64,000 nt of DNA from Convolutriloba macropyga (Eukaryota): assembly GCF_964194025.1 (NCBI RefSeq), contig NC_134480.1, positions 13,950,001-14,014,000 of the forward strand. Direction: 5' to 3'. This document shows, piece after piece, positions 1 to 14,752 of the stretch. The position numbers and the translations under genes are program-made. The notes under the pieces were generated by a model. The model ran no database searches, was not told the DNA's origin, and saw only the letters and a program-made list of their open reading frames with translations. The first letter of the stretch is position 1; the number at the start of each line of letters is the position of its first letter.

Positions 1-1368
1 TTATATTTTCTCACCTCAACCATCATTGGTTTTCCTGAAACCAGAGCAACAACAATAATCCTGTGGATTTTTTCCATTTGTGCCCCCAGTACCTCGTGTT
101 ACAGAGCACCCCCAGTTACAGAGCACGTGTCATTACACAGTATACTATTATGTAAAAATATGGCACGTGCGTCGGTGGTGCAAATAATATGCACCCACTG
201 AACTGGAGGGGGGGGGGGCAGAAGCAGAAAAGATCCAATCCTGTGTTGAAAAAAAACATCACTGTGACAGGAATGTTTCCATTGATAGCCAAAACGCCCG
301 GTCATGAAACTCTATCATGAGCTCTATTATTTGCCATACATATTCATTTTGACGTATTCGAAGCACTGAACTTTGGGAACTATTCCGTTTCCTCCCTAAG
401 TGTTTTATGACCTCAATTATTAATTATGTGTTGTTATAGAGCTCGTTACTATGTAAAAAATAGCACGTGCGCACGGGTGCGTAAAAATTAAATGCCCAAT
501 AAGCTGGAGGGAGAGGCAGAGACTCAGGGAAACAATGAGTTTCCCCTCGCTTGTATGAAATTTGCTCTTGGAAAAGACATCGAAGTTAGAGTGGAACCGC
601 ATTGTTTTCATGAAGATTCTTAAGCCGAAGAACTGTTTTGGTACTTTTTTTGTACAAGAATTTTGCACTAATCCAGAATTTGTGGATTTTGAACATAAGA
701 AAATTGTCGGTATTTGTAGTTTTAGTTAGACAAAAAGAGCAAAAGGCCGTTCCTTACTTTCTTGGATGTGCTTGGTGTTTTTTTCAAGCATAGAAAATTG
801 TTGATGTTTGATTTTCATTTCTAGCAAATTGTTGGATTGTTCATTTTAGAATATAAAAATCGTCAGAATGCCCAATTACAAACCGCAAAAATAAACAAAA
901 AATAATTTTTGTATCGTCACATCAAAACTAATTGAGTGTAAATTAATTAAGTGGGCCTCTGTAATTGCTCAAAATATGTAATACAAATTTTAGACAAAAA
1001 AGTAAACAAAAACTTTGAACTTGTTCAATTAGGATTGAAATAAGAGAAAAATCAATAAAGTTTTTGCATCTCAGGAAGTTATTTTTTTACAAAAACTACG
1101 ATCGGAGCTGGTGAAAAAACACACTTAATACCTTTTAAGGCAAACAAAAGGCCCTTTTTCTACTTCTTATATGGAACATAGTGACGCTTTTTATGTTTTG
1201 AAACTCTTCACATTGAATTCTTTTTTTCCGAAATCAAGAATCAATGATATCGACAAAATTGTACATTCACTGGACTTTTTCAACTTGATACCAAACAAAA
1301 CCAAAATAATTTTGATTTTTTTGGCGCTTCATACAGTATGAGCCCAAGAGCATTTTGTAGAAGCCAAC

Positions 1369-1505
1369 CAAATTTGCGGTCTTTCCCATTATTGCCCCCG
1401 TTAAAAATGTAGCCCCCATTATGCTATATTTACCATGATTGTGGGGCTATAGGTTATCTGACCACTAAGCTGCGGGGGGCTATTATGGGAAAGACTCCAA
1501 AATTG
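1369..1505. mobile_element. Short MITE-like inverted-repeat element
   Basis: caaatttgcggtctttcccattattgcccccg at 1369 is the imperfect reverse complement of cggggggctattatgggaaagactccaaaattg ending at 1505; inner agccccc/ggggct arms. Confidence 0.6.
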
Positions 1506-4189
1506 CAACCAGAACAGTTTATCGAATTTTTATGTAACCTCAAATTGAGAAACTTTCCACAGACAGATGTGAAAGGGGAAAGTAGAAATTGGGGACGCAG
1601 AGTGTTGGGAGGGGTTGATAAGCGGGTCTCACCCTTAAAAAACGCTTTGAGTTAAGCTTGCAAAGCAGCTTTGATAAACTATTTTTTTTGGAGCGTTTTA
1701 AAACTCTGCGAAGTCTGATCAAACAATAAATATATTTGCGTCATACCAAATTCACCCCATTTTTGATGACGGACAGTGGATAAAACCGCTCAAGCTAGCG
1801 AAATGAGTATCTACGGAAAAAATATAGAACAACACTTGACTAAAACATGAAAATGACAGTGTGTACAGAAAAAAATGAAATTAGTGAAATTAGTACTATT
1901 CTGCCTAGTATTACTCAAAAAATGTTTATAGGTACCCTAATTTGTCAAAAATTACCATGTTAATATTTTGGATTATAATAGAAAATAATGCTTTTTGAAG
2001 ATTTTTTTTATGTCGCGCTGTTAAGTGACGTCCGAGTGGAAGTAATTGATAATGTAGTATGGGTACGTGGTAGGGGACGGTTGGGGAGTAATTCCTATAA
2101 AAAGTAATGGGCATATGAGCAGATTGGGTAAAGGAGGGACTGTGAATTTTTCGTATCTTCTCATTGTATTCTATTCACCTTGAATATGATAAAAAGTTAC
2201 CAACTACTAAATATTAGCATAAAACGTTTTCTCTAATTGCTTCTGTCAAATGGTTAAAAACAGAATTCACTATTCAAAAAGACAAACGGAAAGAAAGAAA
2301 GTCAGAGCTAAAGTTATGGTTAGATATGCTTAGCTGAAAAAAAACTATTAAATTTTTATAGTCCATTTCGAATCTTTAAAAGGCGAATCTAAAAAATGAT
2401 CATTGAGTTGCAATAATTGCCTCATATGTTGTTCTCGAGCAGTTAATTAATTAGTAAATATTATCAGCAACGGGATGTAAAAAGCAATACCACAATCAAA
2501 TAGCAAAATGTTTTATTGAAGAAGACTTTTTACTTCCGTGGAAAAATGATGTTGCAATCAAAAAATTATAATTGTATGTCCACTACACAAAGAAACTCAA
2601 TAATTTTGTCCATATTAGTCCTGGGTTCATTTTCTGGCACTGCGCATAAATTTATACCATCATCAAAATTTTCATCCGGGTTGTCAAGCAACTTTTTATT
2701 TTAAAGCAACAATAAATTGCTAAAGCGATATTTAACCAATTATCATCTAGTTTTCGGAAATTGAAAGTATATTTAAATTGCTCTGGAAAATGAAAAACAC
2801 GACAAAAATATGGAATTAAGGAATAACAAAAAAATTGACAAAATTTGATTGAGAAAAAATAAATTCGAACTATTTTGCCTTATTTTACTTTAAAAAAACC
2901 TCCGCAAAAAATGTTAAAAATTCACATTTTTTATTAATGATAATTTTAAGAACGTTATTTGAGGAGTTATTCGTGGGTTGTGTCAATGTCGGGTTAAATG
3001 TTGTAAGTGCTGAAGTATTTGGTGTAAAGGTTAAAGGGGATTAAAAAGGCTAAGTATACATAATCGTGTGGTGGGAGCTAGATGGATAGTTAGGAAAAAG
3101 TTTGGGGGTGGGGGCAGGGCTAGGTGACGATAGTCGGGGAAGCGCTAGCTATGACTTGGCGGTTAATTATATGAAATGTGATGATTATATGAGAAAATTG
3201 GGTAGCTGGACTCTTAATGTATCATGCCTTATCAACACAGCTTTTTCAGTTTGAGTAATAAAAAGGTTCTCAATATTAAAATGGGAATCAAGCTGTGTTA
3301 TCTTTATGCTTCGGTCAAAAAATTTAAAACAGAAATAATTGTTCGAGAAGAAAGAAGTCAGAACTTTAAGTTAATGTCAGATACTCCACTTCAACTTTTT
3401 GGCTAATTCAACAATGTAATTTATTGAATTATTCCTCGTCACGGGTCCTCGTTTCGGCAACATGTACAAAACATTTTTTTTAAGAAGAAGCTGACATTTT
3501 TGTCTTGGCTTATCAAACCACTTTTTCCCCAAATAATCTTAAAACGATCTATCCAACAATCTTAAAATTAAAATATAATGCTGAAGCAACGTAATGTTCA
3601 GTTAAATTAGAAAAATTTAGAAATCAAAAAGATATCCTCAGTGACTCAGGGAATTTTTTCTAGTCTTGTTGCGATAAGATTTTGATAAAAGGAAAGTTTT
3701 CTGTTCAAAGTTTCATCAAAACTTACACAAGAAAATTTGAAATTTCAATTAAAACTTTTGGCGTCAGATATATATATATATATCACATCCTATATATAAA
3801 TTTAAAATTTTTTATTTATTATCTAAATGACTCTCAAAAGATGTGTATTAGAGTCATTAAGATCCTGGAAGAACTCATGACACAAATTACTCGTTTGTAA
3901 AGAACTTTTTTCCTGTAAGATTATTTAAAATATTTTTATTTGCACGAAAATAACAAGGCATTGCATATAGCGCCGTTAAGTTTACAAAAATTGTTCACTT
4001 TTTCTATAAAAGGTAACAGACTTGTTATCTAACTTAACAAAATTTAAAAATTACATTTGACGTTGCTTTACAAAATTTTCCTGAAAAAATAGAATAGCTT
4101 ATATCCAAAAACCTGTCGAGAATAATTCAATGCCCAGAATGAGGTCTGCAACACAAGACAGATATTGGCGTGATTGGCTTGGGTCGCAG

Positions 4190-4914
4190 ACAGGGGGGTC
4201 GGGTGCAACCCAACTCAATGGTCTGGAAAAAAATTGGGTGGCGCCCTCCCTCTGGCCAATACCAATTTTTGGTCCATACGTTCTATCATATACCCACATT
4301 CTGGTATCTTTGGTCTGGCCAATACCCACATTTTGGTCTGTTTGGTCTGGCCATAGCGCATATTCAAGTTCTGTAGGTCCAGTAAAAAAGCCGGTCCTCT
4401 ACAAATTTTATAAAAATATTGGCCAATCATTGGTAACCAACATCAACTTCTAGATGATTATTTACTTCATCAAAATAATTTCTGAAATCCGCATTGGTCT
4501 TCAAATCGGCTTTTTAACTAATTTTTTAAAATTCTTATTTTCATTTCTCGTTCAGAAATAATTTACAAACTTTATTGGATGCTTCTGCACGTTTAAGTAA
4601 GTGTAGCTAATGGTGTGGCTCAGGGTCTGTTCCGTCTCGCGAGAGGTTTGCACAATGGTCTGGCCTAAGGTCTGCTCCGTTTGGCCAATGATCTGGACGA
4701 CGGTCTGGCCAATGATCTGGACGATGGTCTGGCCTAGGGTCCGTCCCGTCTGGCCAATTGTCTGGACAAACTCTGTTCAGTCTGACCAATGGTGGCCAAA
4801 CTCTGTTCGGTCTGGTCAATACCTATTCTTGGGTATGGTCAGTCTAGAGCCCTACTGTGCGCGACCCAAGTCGATCTGGCCAATACCTGTCTCGGGTGGT
4901 GGACCTTATCCTGT
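4190..4914. mobile_element. Non-autonomous element with internal ggtcTGGCCAAT(AC) tandem repeats
   Basis: Many ggtctggccaat motifs at ~21-bp spacing; imperfect terminal inverted repeats (acagggg..gggtgcaaccc / gggtggtggacc..cctgt). Confidence 0.5.
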
Positions 4915-5299
4915 GTATACTCTTTCTTGTTGTCTAGAGCTAGTGCAGTTTATGTTATTCAACTCTTCTTTGATTGGCTGAGAATTTATACATTACAGAC
5001 CATTGCCAGGGACGATTCGAAATATTTAAAAGGGTAAACTGGCCATGGTAAACTAAATTATTTGCTACCTTCGATCAATGATTACCATATCAGGGAACTG
5101 AGAATACTGACGCTATATGTATTAGTTTAGAGTAAATCTCCTTGAAATGATATGGTATCGACGCAATTAACAGGTAATTATAAAAGCAATTTTGATAAGC
5201 AAAACCCAGTTTTTTTCTAAAAGAATTTAGCCAGCATATACCAGGTACTATGGGCGTTAGTCTTAGTGTTTGAGATATATAACTTTTGAAATAACCAAC

Positions 5300-5540
5300 T
5301 TTTGCGTGTATAGATGCAGTGAGCTGCAGTTATGACCCAATAAGGACTCAAAATAGCCCCTCCGCAGAAGTCCATTCTGTCAAACAGAACCCGAACATAG
5401 AAAGGCCTATCTGGACTGTCAATCCCATTGATAATGTTAGTACGCAAAACACTGCTGAAGTTTCGACACAAAACTGTCGATTGTTGGCATAAAATTGTGA
5501 AATAAACCAATAGTTTTCTGAAATCTAATTCAACTTTCAT
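5300..5540 (-). CDS. Trypsin/chymotrypsin-family (S1) serine protease, first coding exon (rest of gene not identified in window)
   Basis: ATG at 5540; hydrophobic signal-like N-terminus; IING mature N-terminus; CGGAILSPYWVITAAHC catalytic-His motif; phase-1 donor A|GTTGGT just after AAHC. Confidence 0.85.
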
Positions 5541-6068
5541 AACTTTCAAGACAGTAACTCGTCAATTGAGCAGTATTTATTTAACGTAAAGTTCATGATA
5601 GCAAGAGCCTAATGTTTTGGAAAATTTTCTTTCATTTCGAACTTTTACAGTGCGAGATTGATGAACAACAATTTGTTGGTCGGACCGTAGCGTTTCTTAT
5701 TTCATTACGAATCAATTATTCTGCGCTTATTATTTGACAATGAACATTTACTTGTTTATTGATTGTTTTAATTTGTGAAAACCGACATTAGAACTCTTCA
5801 AGGCTTAATGTAGTACAATCGTTGAACTAATTGAACTTCGATTTTGGGTGGTCATGCTACTAGCCTTTAAACTTCGCAAAAAATGCTGTTGTAAAAAACG
5901 AGCATGCAAACTAAAGCGGAATCAAATAACAGAATTTTAATAATTAAGTTGAATTCTTGCACGTCTGTTCAGTCAAGCATTTTAGTTTCGTTCAGAGGAG
6001 TACATACGCGACGAATCCTTTGGTGTAGTTAGAATATAGCGTATCAACTCGGATTTATCTATTAGTAT

Positions 6069-6366
6069 TGTAGCAGTAGAAATACTGGATGTACACCTCC
6101 ATCCAACCAGAGACTGAGAAGACACTATTTTCTTTTATATAGAGAGAACTTCACTAACTATAACCAGTCTATTAGTTAGATACACCATGTGTATACTCTT
6201 GACTCCGGTGCTGTACTTTAAGAAGTATTAATAGAAGTTTATCTTCAGTGTTTATTGAGTCGGTTAGTCTGAGAGATATAGGTAAGCCTACTTCGCGCGC
6301 AGAAATAAGTAGCCCAAACTCTTTACACCTTAAGGCTGTAAAAGAAGCCCATCTCGGACTGCCTTA
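6069..6366 (+). mobile_element. 5' LTR (duplicated copy), 298 bp, TGTAGCAG...CTGCCTTA
   Basis: Matches 17986-18283; ~93% identical by eye to 29265-29568; preceded by GTAT (6065-6068). Confidence 0.9.
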
Positions 6367-6569
6367 ACTTGTGCGACCAGTGAGTTAACAAACTGAGTTA
6401 ACAATCCGTAAAAAGAACTCACACAAAACACCCCTTTCTCTATTGAGAAAGAAACTTAGAACTAGATTACATAGTTTTTTACTCTTTATCTACTTAAAAC
6501 TTAAGAAAAGTGGGAACACAAGACAAATAAAACAAAAACTACTAATATTTAAACAAAGAAACAAATAAA

Positions 6570-9500
6570 ATGGATCATCACGTTGATCAACCCTCCTCCC
6601 ACGTACCGACACACTCGAATGAATTACAACTAGTTGTTCTTACACAACAGAACAAACGTCTAATACGCGAAATTTTACCTTTTGAAGTTAAACACTATAG
6701 GCACCAGGACAAGCTAAACATACTCCTAAGCACAGCAAAACAGGTCAAAGGCCACTATTTTGCAGTAGAGCAACGGCCTCTCCTTTCATTATCAGAAAAG
6801 GTATCACAGGTTTCACGAACCGCCTTTCTTTCATATTTAGCTGAAATTTACGGAGCTCAACTCACAAAGGGCTCAGTTCTTTTCATTTGTGATCTTTTAA
6901 CAAACACATATACTTCTCTCATATATGACACTTTATTTAATCCACTATCTGATACACTATTTGAATTCCAGAACGGAGTATGGTCAGAAATGCAAACCTC
7001 GGATAGAGAAGTGGTATTTCGAAAAAATTCTTTTGAATTTCCCTAACGTCTCGCATCCACACTTAATGCTAATGCATCACAAGCACGGAAAAAAAGCGTA
7101 CACAAGATCGCTCGACAAGAGATAGAGGGCTTCACCCACCTTCTTACAAAAATATAACTTCTGTAAAAGATGCAGACCTAGACGATAAAGAGATTCTCGA
7201 TTCTCTTAACTTTTCTCTTGGTATATACACAGATATTGGAAAAGTTTGGTAAGACACATTTTTCCTACCACAAAGCTAAAAGCAGACACATTCACACAAA
7301 CACTACCTTAACAACCTGAGACACACCATTATATTTATGATTCACGCTGGTTTCCACAAAACTTTGTAAATTTTCCGGAAATACCCTCTGAAAATATTCA
7401 AAAACTCACCATTAATCGCCAAAATATAGAAAAAAACCATAACGCAGAAACTCAAACATTTACTTGTACAAACATTCCAGAAAATACAAACACTTCTCTG
7501 CAGGCTTAACCAAAAGAGAAAATGGATAATAAAATTCATTCTCAACAAACAGACATCGGTCTAATTGAGACTACAAAAACAGATTTTAAATCAGAATTAT
7601 TAGATGATGGAACACTTTTTTCATCACATACGGTAAATACACTAATTGACCTTGAAAGTAAAGATCAAAACAAAAATCAGAATAACAATAATAATAATAT
7701 TACAAGCAATACTACTAACAACACACATAATTATCAAAATCACCAACACAGACAACCCGTGAATTCGACTGAATTAACACAAAATTCAGATCCACTAAAC
7801 ACAGTCGTACCTACATTACCAATTATGACTACACCCCTACCATTTTAACTCTGAACCAATTATTCTAAATATTTCAATGTAACCTACACTAACTACTAAT
7901 CAATATATACAGATAACTCCACAACAATTCGTAAATATTTTTAGACAATTAAACTCACAAAATACACAACAAACCACAAATGCACCGACCCCTTTTTATT
8001 TACAAGCAGCGTCTACACAAACGATATCAGCTGTAATTCGCAGAAATAACCAAATGATGTACCCTTACCTGAGAGGCTCGATACCCATGCAACAATCTTT
8101 GACTATTAAGACCATTTGATGGTACTGACCCTATTTACACAACAGAAGATTTTTTAAATGCTATCACAGCAAATATGTTAATGACAGCATGACCAGAACA
8201 GACTGATTCATCATATCACGAAGCCTGGATCATGAAACGAATTGCCATGATTCAAGCAGTCCTAATTGGACCAGCACAACAATAGCATTCACACCTTCCA
8301 CTCGATATAAAAAGAATTGGCAAGCGTTTTACCGTGAACTCCAAAAAATCATTTGATAATCAACAATCGCAAACACAAGCGAAATTATTCTTAGAGAGCA
8401 TAACACGTGCCTCCGGTGAACTAATTAAAACATAAACATTTCCAATTGAACAAATGACTCGAAAAGCATATGATAATAGTGCTCCAGATAAGCGCAATGC
8501 ACAAATGAATGACGCACTTGTCAAACCACTCGATCCGCAAATAGCCTGAATAGCACTAAAAACGATTGCAAATCACAAATCAACTGCTTAGGAACCACAG
8601 CGTTAATTCGCACAATTGTTAGAAAAAATACACCAGGAGGATATCACAAGAACACAAATAAACAGACATAAACTTAATAAAAATTCCACCTTTTCTTCCT
8701 CAATTAATAAACTTTCCTTAGAAATTGATAACCTCACAGTAGACGATGTACATATGATGGAACAGGATATCGTTCACGGGATCAATGTAATACGACACAA
8801 GTAATCAAATGATTCAAATTTTAAAGGAAAACCACTATTCTTAAAATTTTGCAAGAAATGTTCACGCTCAGGACATAGTTTTTCTACATGCCCTCATAAA
8901 AGATACTCGAAACCACTTTACAAACCAAATTTTCAAAAACAAACCTTTAATCAAGCAATGAAAGGTAATCAGAAGCTTCCAAACAGACAAGTCACGTCAA
9001 ATAATATGACGGGTAAACCATTACCCTTCTCACACCGTTCTAGAAGCAAAAGTAGAGAACATCGTCATAATTCACGACATAGAAGCCCAATTAAATTTTC
9101 ACAACCTAACTCAAAACCTTACTATAAATAGCAATTTTAAACCACCGATTAGAAGTGGTTACCATACCCAAGAACATCAAACTCACAAAATACCCCTAAC
9201 TATAATTCTAGACCACAATAACCTCACTATAATAGAGATCGGAATCGTTCACGACAACTCTTCTCACGTAATCAACTTCGTAATGTTTGAAACTAAATTT
9301 ATTCACTTCTAGATCAAGAACAAACAGACAACACAACGTCTAATACTGAAAATACAGACACACTGAATGTCTCTGAGGAAACACTACTCGAACAACAGTT
9401 TAATGATTTACTTTTAGAATTAAATCAGGATACCCAGGACGAATATTTCAATTGCCATGAGGAATGTAACACTTTCACAGAAGAATACATTCTTTCTAAT

Positions 9501-12500
9501 TCATCTAAAAGCAATATTTGGGTACTCCCACTAACAATGTATACACAACAAACAACCGATCATACAAAAACAATTTCTCCACCACCTCTTGAAACAGATT
9601 TTCTATTAGATTCTGGCGCAACACTTAATATATTAATCAGCGACAATTCGAATGAAATTAAAAATATCACAAATTACAACTAAAAGCATCAACAATTGTT
9701 CTCTCAGCAGCAAATAATTCTAAACTACAATCAAACAGTACAGTAAAACTTAAGTTATATCCAGATGTAGCAGAGAGTAGAACTATCACGAACACCTCTT
9801 TTACATACACCTTTCATGTATCTCAAACAAAATTGAATTTTCTGGGTACACCTTTCCTGCAGAGATATATTGACTCAATTAATTGTTCATCTCACACGCT
9901 CGAGAGTTAAAAAAAAATGATACAAAATTAATAAAATTTTATGATTCTTCAACTAAACTACTCCCGTTCTACTCAGTTAAATTTTTGGAACACCAAACAC
10001 GAAATAATCACATACTACCACTCAAATCCATGATAGACGGATTTCTCAAATTATAACCACCGAAAGGAAGAAGAAATCCATAACTATGTAGGATTTCTTA
10101 TGTTTTTTTCAAAATATTTCTATAATTTACAAGTCATTTTCAGATCTTTTTATTTCCAACTCCGGGATACTACAGATTTCAATTGGACACCCGAATTACA
10201 ACACACATTTGATAGATTAAAAAAGGAACTTACAGTCGCAAAACTTCGCCTCGCAATTCCTAATTCAAAAAACCTTTCTATATCCTCTGCGATGCCTCTA
10301 ATTATGGCATTGAAGCCGCATTTCTCCAAAAAAATCAATTTGGGAAAATGGAGCTAGTGTCAACAAACTAGCTAGTGTCAGACTTTCAACCATTCTTCGA
10401 GAGTGCTATGCAATAATTCATGCGCTCTCCGAATATGAGTTCCTTATTCAAGGATCAAACATCCAATTATACTATATACCGATCACAAACCACTTCTCTT
10501 CCTATTCACACAAAAGAATAAAACAAATCACAGAGTTTACAAATTTCAACTAATATTAATGGAACTTCCAAACTTACACATAGTTTGGACAAAGAGGAAA
10601 ACCTTTCACTTCCGGATCTATTAGGTCGTTCACTCACGACCAAAACACAAGACGAACACCGTTATAGAACAGTTGAGATTCCAGAATCTAAAAAATTCTT
10701 TATGAAACACAATCAAAACACACAACCTATACAGTGCCAATATTCTGTATCAAAAAAATACTTTAATACAGTATCCACAGACACTAATGTAGAGTCACCA
10801 CACTTTCCAATCTATTTGCAGATTAAAGATAACTATTTTAAAGTACAATTAGAAAATGATCTCTATCTTCTTGTTTCGTATCACGAATTTCAAACCAAAG
10901 CACAATCTTTGGAACACATGCATCAACACAAAATCACTTCTTTCCAGAAACTTACCCTATTATACAACACACGGATGTTACATTAAAAATAAATAAAAAA
11001 GAACCCTTTAACCAATTTAATCAAGATGCCAACAACGCCGAATTAATAAACAACATAAAATTTTCACTACCAGTAATGGATAACTTTACACCAAAAACCC
11101 CCACCATTTACAACTATTTTTAAAATGAACAGACAGAGCCAAATGATACACTCATATATGAAGCACAAAAACGAAACCCAGAAATTAGACAACTCTTTAG
11201 AAACGTTACAAAAATTAACCTTCCACCCCGTCATTAACTATCCGTGCAAACAAGGGACTGCTACACTATTAGCGACGCTTCGAAAATTTAAGCGTAAATG
11301 AAGCCAATCACCTCTTGTATTATATACAAGAAACAACATCTTCAAAAATCAGTTTACCACTCTCCCTTGTTTGAGTAATATTTTACATTGAACATTCTCA
11401 CGATCTCGCAGGTCACCATGGCCGCGAAAAAACACACGCTACTATTACACACAATTAAATCCATGCCAAACCTCCTCATGGCTCCACAACAGCCATTCTT
11501 AGAAGTTTCACCATACCTCAATCACCGTATTTCAATGGACGCAAAAGACCCAATCTCCCCGTCTTCTGATGGGAAATCTTACGTGTATGTCATTGTAGAC
11601 GCATTTACACTCTATATTGTATTTCACCCTTCCCCCAGAAATGATGCCACTAAAGCACTCACTGTATTATTTGACCACTGGGTTGTAAAATTTGGAATAC
11701 CAGAGATTTTAGTAACTGGTAAATGAAATGAATATATTAACGGAGAATTTGCACACTTCTGTCGCACATATAATGTACAATTCAAACCACGAACACCATA
11801 CGCACCATGTTCTAATGGACGTGTAGAAAACAGCAATCGCCAAATAAATACATTTCTCCGCACAGTTCTAGACTCAAAAAATGACACACGGTCAGAAAAA
11901 ATAAAATATTTCCCTTTGCATTCAACTCACAAGTTCGAACCAATATGAATTTTTCATCATGTGAACTTAAGTTTGGCCAAAAATCAAAAAACCCATAATG
12001 TTCAATCTATCTTCCGCTACAGATAGCTTTGGAAATTGTAAACCTCTTTTACATACACCTTTCATGTATCTCAAACAAAATTGAATTTTCTGGGTACACC
12101 TTTCCTGCAGAGATATATTGACTCAATTAATTGTTCATCTCACACGCTCGAGAGTTAAAAAAAAATGATACAAAATTAATAAAATTTTATGATTCTTCAA
12201 CTAAACTACTCCCGTTCTACTCAGTTAAATTTTTGGAACACCAAACACGAAATAATCACATACTACCACTCAAATCCATGATAGACGGATTTCTCAAATT
12301 ATAACCACCGAAAGGAAGAAGAAATCCATAACTATGTAGGATTTCTTATGTTTTTTTCAAAATATTTCTATAATTTACAAGTCATTTTCAGATCTTTTTA
12401 TTTCCAACTCCGGGATACTACAGATTTCAATTGGACACCCGAATTACAACACACATTTGATAGATTAAAAAAGGAACTTACAGTCGCAAAACTTCGCCTC

Positions 12501-14752
12501 GCAATTCCTAATTCAAAAAACCTTTCTATATCCTCTGCGATGCCTCTAATTATGGCATTGAAGCCGCATTTCTCCAAAAAAATCAATTTGGGAAAATGGA
12601 GCTAGTGTCAACAAACTAGCTAGTGTCAGACTTTCAACCATTCTTCGAGAGTGCTATGCAATAATTCATGCGCTCTCCGAATATGAGTTCCTTATTCAAG
12701 GATCAAACATCCAATTATACTATATACCGATCACAAACCACTTCTCTTCCTATTCACACAAAAGAATAAAACAAATCACAGAGTTTACAAATTTCAACTA
12801 ATATTAATGGAACTTCCAAACTTACACATAGTTTGGACAAAGAGGAAAACCTTTCACTTCCGGATCTATTAGGTCGTTCACTCACGACCAAAACACAAGA
12901 CGAACACCGTTATAGAACAGTTGAGATTCCAGAATCTAAAAAATTCTTTATGAAACACAATCAAAACACACAACCTATACAGTGCCAATATTCTGTATCA
13001 AAAAAATACTTTAATACAGTATCCACAGACACTAATGTAGAGTCACCACACTTTCCAATCTATTTGCAGATTAAAGATAACTATTTTAAAGTACAATTAG
13101 AAAATGATCTCTATCTTCTTGTTTCGTATCACGAATTTCAAACCAAAGCACAATCTTTGGAACACATGCATCAACACAAAATCACTTCTTTCCAGAAACT
13201 TACCCTATTATACAACACACGGATGTTACATTAAAAATAAATAAAAAAGAACCCTTTAACCAATTTAATCAAGATGCCAACAACGCCGAATTAATAAGCA
13301 ACATAAAATTTTCACTACCAGTAATGGATAACTTTACACCAAAAACCCCCACCATTTACAACTATTTTTAAAATGAACAGACAGAGCCAAATGATACACT
13401 CATATATGAAGCACAAAAACGAAACCCAGAAATTAGACAACTCTTTAGAAACGTTACAAAAATTAACCTTCCACCCCTTCATTAACTATCCGTGCAAACA
13501 AGGGACTGCTACACTATTAGCGACGCTTCGAAAATTTAAGCGTAAATGAAGCCAATCACCTCTTGTATTATATACAAGAAACAACATCTTCAAAAATCAG
13601 TTTACCACTCTCCCTTGTTTGAGTAATATTTTACATTGAACATTCTCACGATCTCGCAGGTCACCATGGCCGCGAAAAAACACACGCTACTATTACACAC
13701 AATTAAATCCATGCCAAACCTCCTCATGGCTCCACAACAGCCATTCTTAGAAGTTTCACCATACCTCAATCACCGTATTTCAATGGACGCAAAAGACCCA
13801 ATCTCCCCGTCTTCTGATGGGAAATCTTACGTGTATGTCATTGTAGACGCATTTACACTCTATATTGTATTTCACCCTTCCCCCAGAAATGATGCCACTA
13901 AAGCACTCACTGTATTATTTGACCACTGGGTTGTAAAATTTGGAATACCAGAGATTTTAGTAACTGGTAAATGAAATGAATATATTAACGGAGAATTTGC
14001 ACACTTCTGTCGCACATATAATGTACAATTCAAACCACGAACACCATACGCACCATGTTCTAATGGACGTGTAGAAAACAGCAATCGCCAAATAAATACA
14101 TTTCTCCGCACAGTTCTAGACTCAAAAAATGACACACGGTCAGAAAAAATAAAATATTTCCCTTTGCATTCAACTCACAAGTTCGAACCAATATGAATTT
14201 TTCATCATGTGAACTTAAGTTTGGCCAAAAATCAAAAAACCCATAATGTTCAATCTATCTTCCGCTACAGATAGCTTTGGAAATTGTAAACCTTCTTTAG
14301 ATTCACCTTGTAATACTTTACCTAAACTTACACAAACTGACCATTTAGGTCATCGCCCAAAAATTAAAAGAATACAGAAAACAACCTTTACACATTGGTT
14401 TCTCAATCGTGAAAAGATATACTCGGAAGTTTATAATGAAGTCCACCATTACTTAAATCAAAATAAACTTTTACGCACATTTATTTATCGCCCTTTTGGA
14501 ACGGCACAAACATTTAAAATTAATACGTACGTTTTAGTTGTAAATGAAACAAATTGGAATATCCAAAAAGATCCAACCACAAAAAATGGACCTTGAAATA
14601 ATTGACACCCCCACGTCAGGTACTTATAAACTAGAAGATTTTTCTGGTAAACAAATCACTCGCCATAGAAGTAACATTGTACCATATTACCTGAAAGAAC
14701 TTCTCATTCAAGAACAAGTGGAAAAGTATTTCTCGGATAACTCCTTATTAAA
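6570..14752 (+). pseudogene. Decayed gag-pol, copy 1 (stops, frameshifts, RT core absent, RH-IN part doubled)
   Basis: CKKCSRSGHSFSTC knuckle; FLLDSGA protease; CDAS/YTDHKP RNase H; HSHDLAGHHG, ISMD, IVDAF, SNGRVENSNR integrase. Confidence 0.9.
9794..14293. repeat. Internal 2248-bp tandem duplication (9794-12041 / 12042-14293)
   Basis: ORFs 10100/12348, 10585/12833 and 11388/13636 encode identical proteins at offset 2248; 4-bp ACCT microhomology at the junction (12042-12045). Confidence 0.95.

Larger units (their letters stand above)
2819..14752. repeat. Large tandem segmental duplication, copy 1
   Basis: Sequence from aggaataacaaaaaaattgac (2819) recurs at 14756 (offset 11937). ORF pairs 3224/15161, 4130/16072, 6570/18487 etc. 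are near-identical. Copy 1 ends inside integrase at ...ctccttattaaa (14752), followed by a 3-nt GTT junction. Confidence 0.95.
6069..14752 (+). mobile_element. 3'-truncated duplicate of the Ty3/Gypsy element
   Basis: LTR + gag (CCHC at 8850-8891) + PR (DSG 9609-9617) + RH + IN, cut at the duplication junction; no 3' LTR. Confidence 0.9.

Noticed and set aside
1930-3400. G-rich tracts and two diverged similar segments (~2190-2340 vs ~3255-3400)
   Set aside because: They look like old copies of a common interspersed repeat; the G4 potential alone is not informative.
4630-4890. CRISPR-like repeat array (also 59550-59700)
   Set aside because: Repeats are degenerate and abut without unique spacers; no cas genes; eukaryotic context.
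4099-5037. Cluster of overlapping 60-123 aa ORFs (and copies at 16041-16979) with W/P repeats
   Set aside because: They arise from the TGGCCAAT tandem repeats of a non-coding element; open on both strands with no domain signature.
6069-6366. Hammerhead ribozyme in the LTR (retrozyme-like)
   Set aside because: CTGAGAA and CTGAGAG do not fit the CUGANGA core, and no matching three-stem GAAA arrangement was found.
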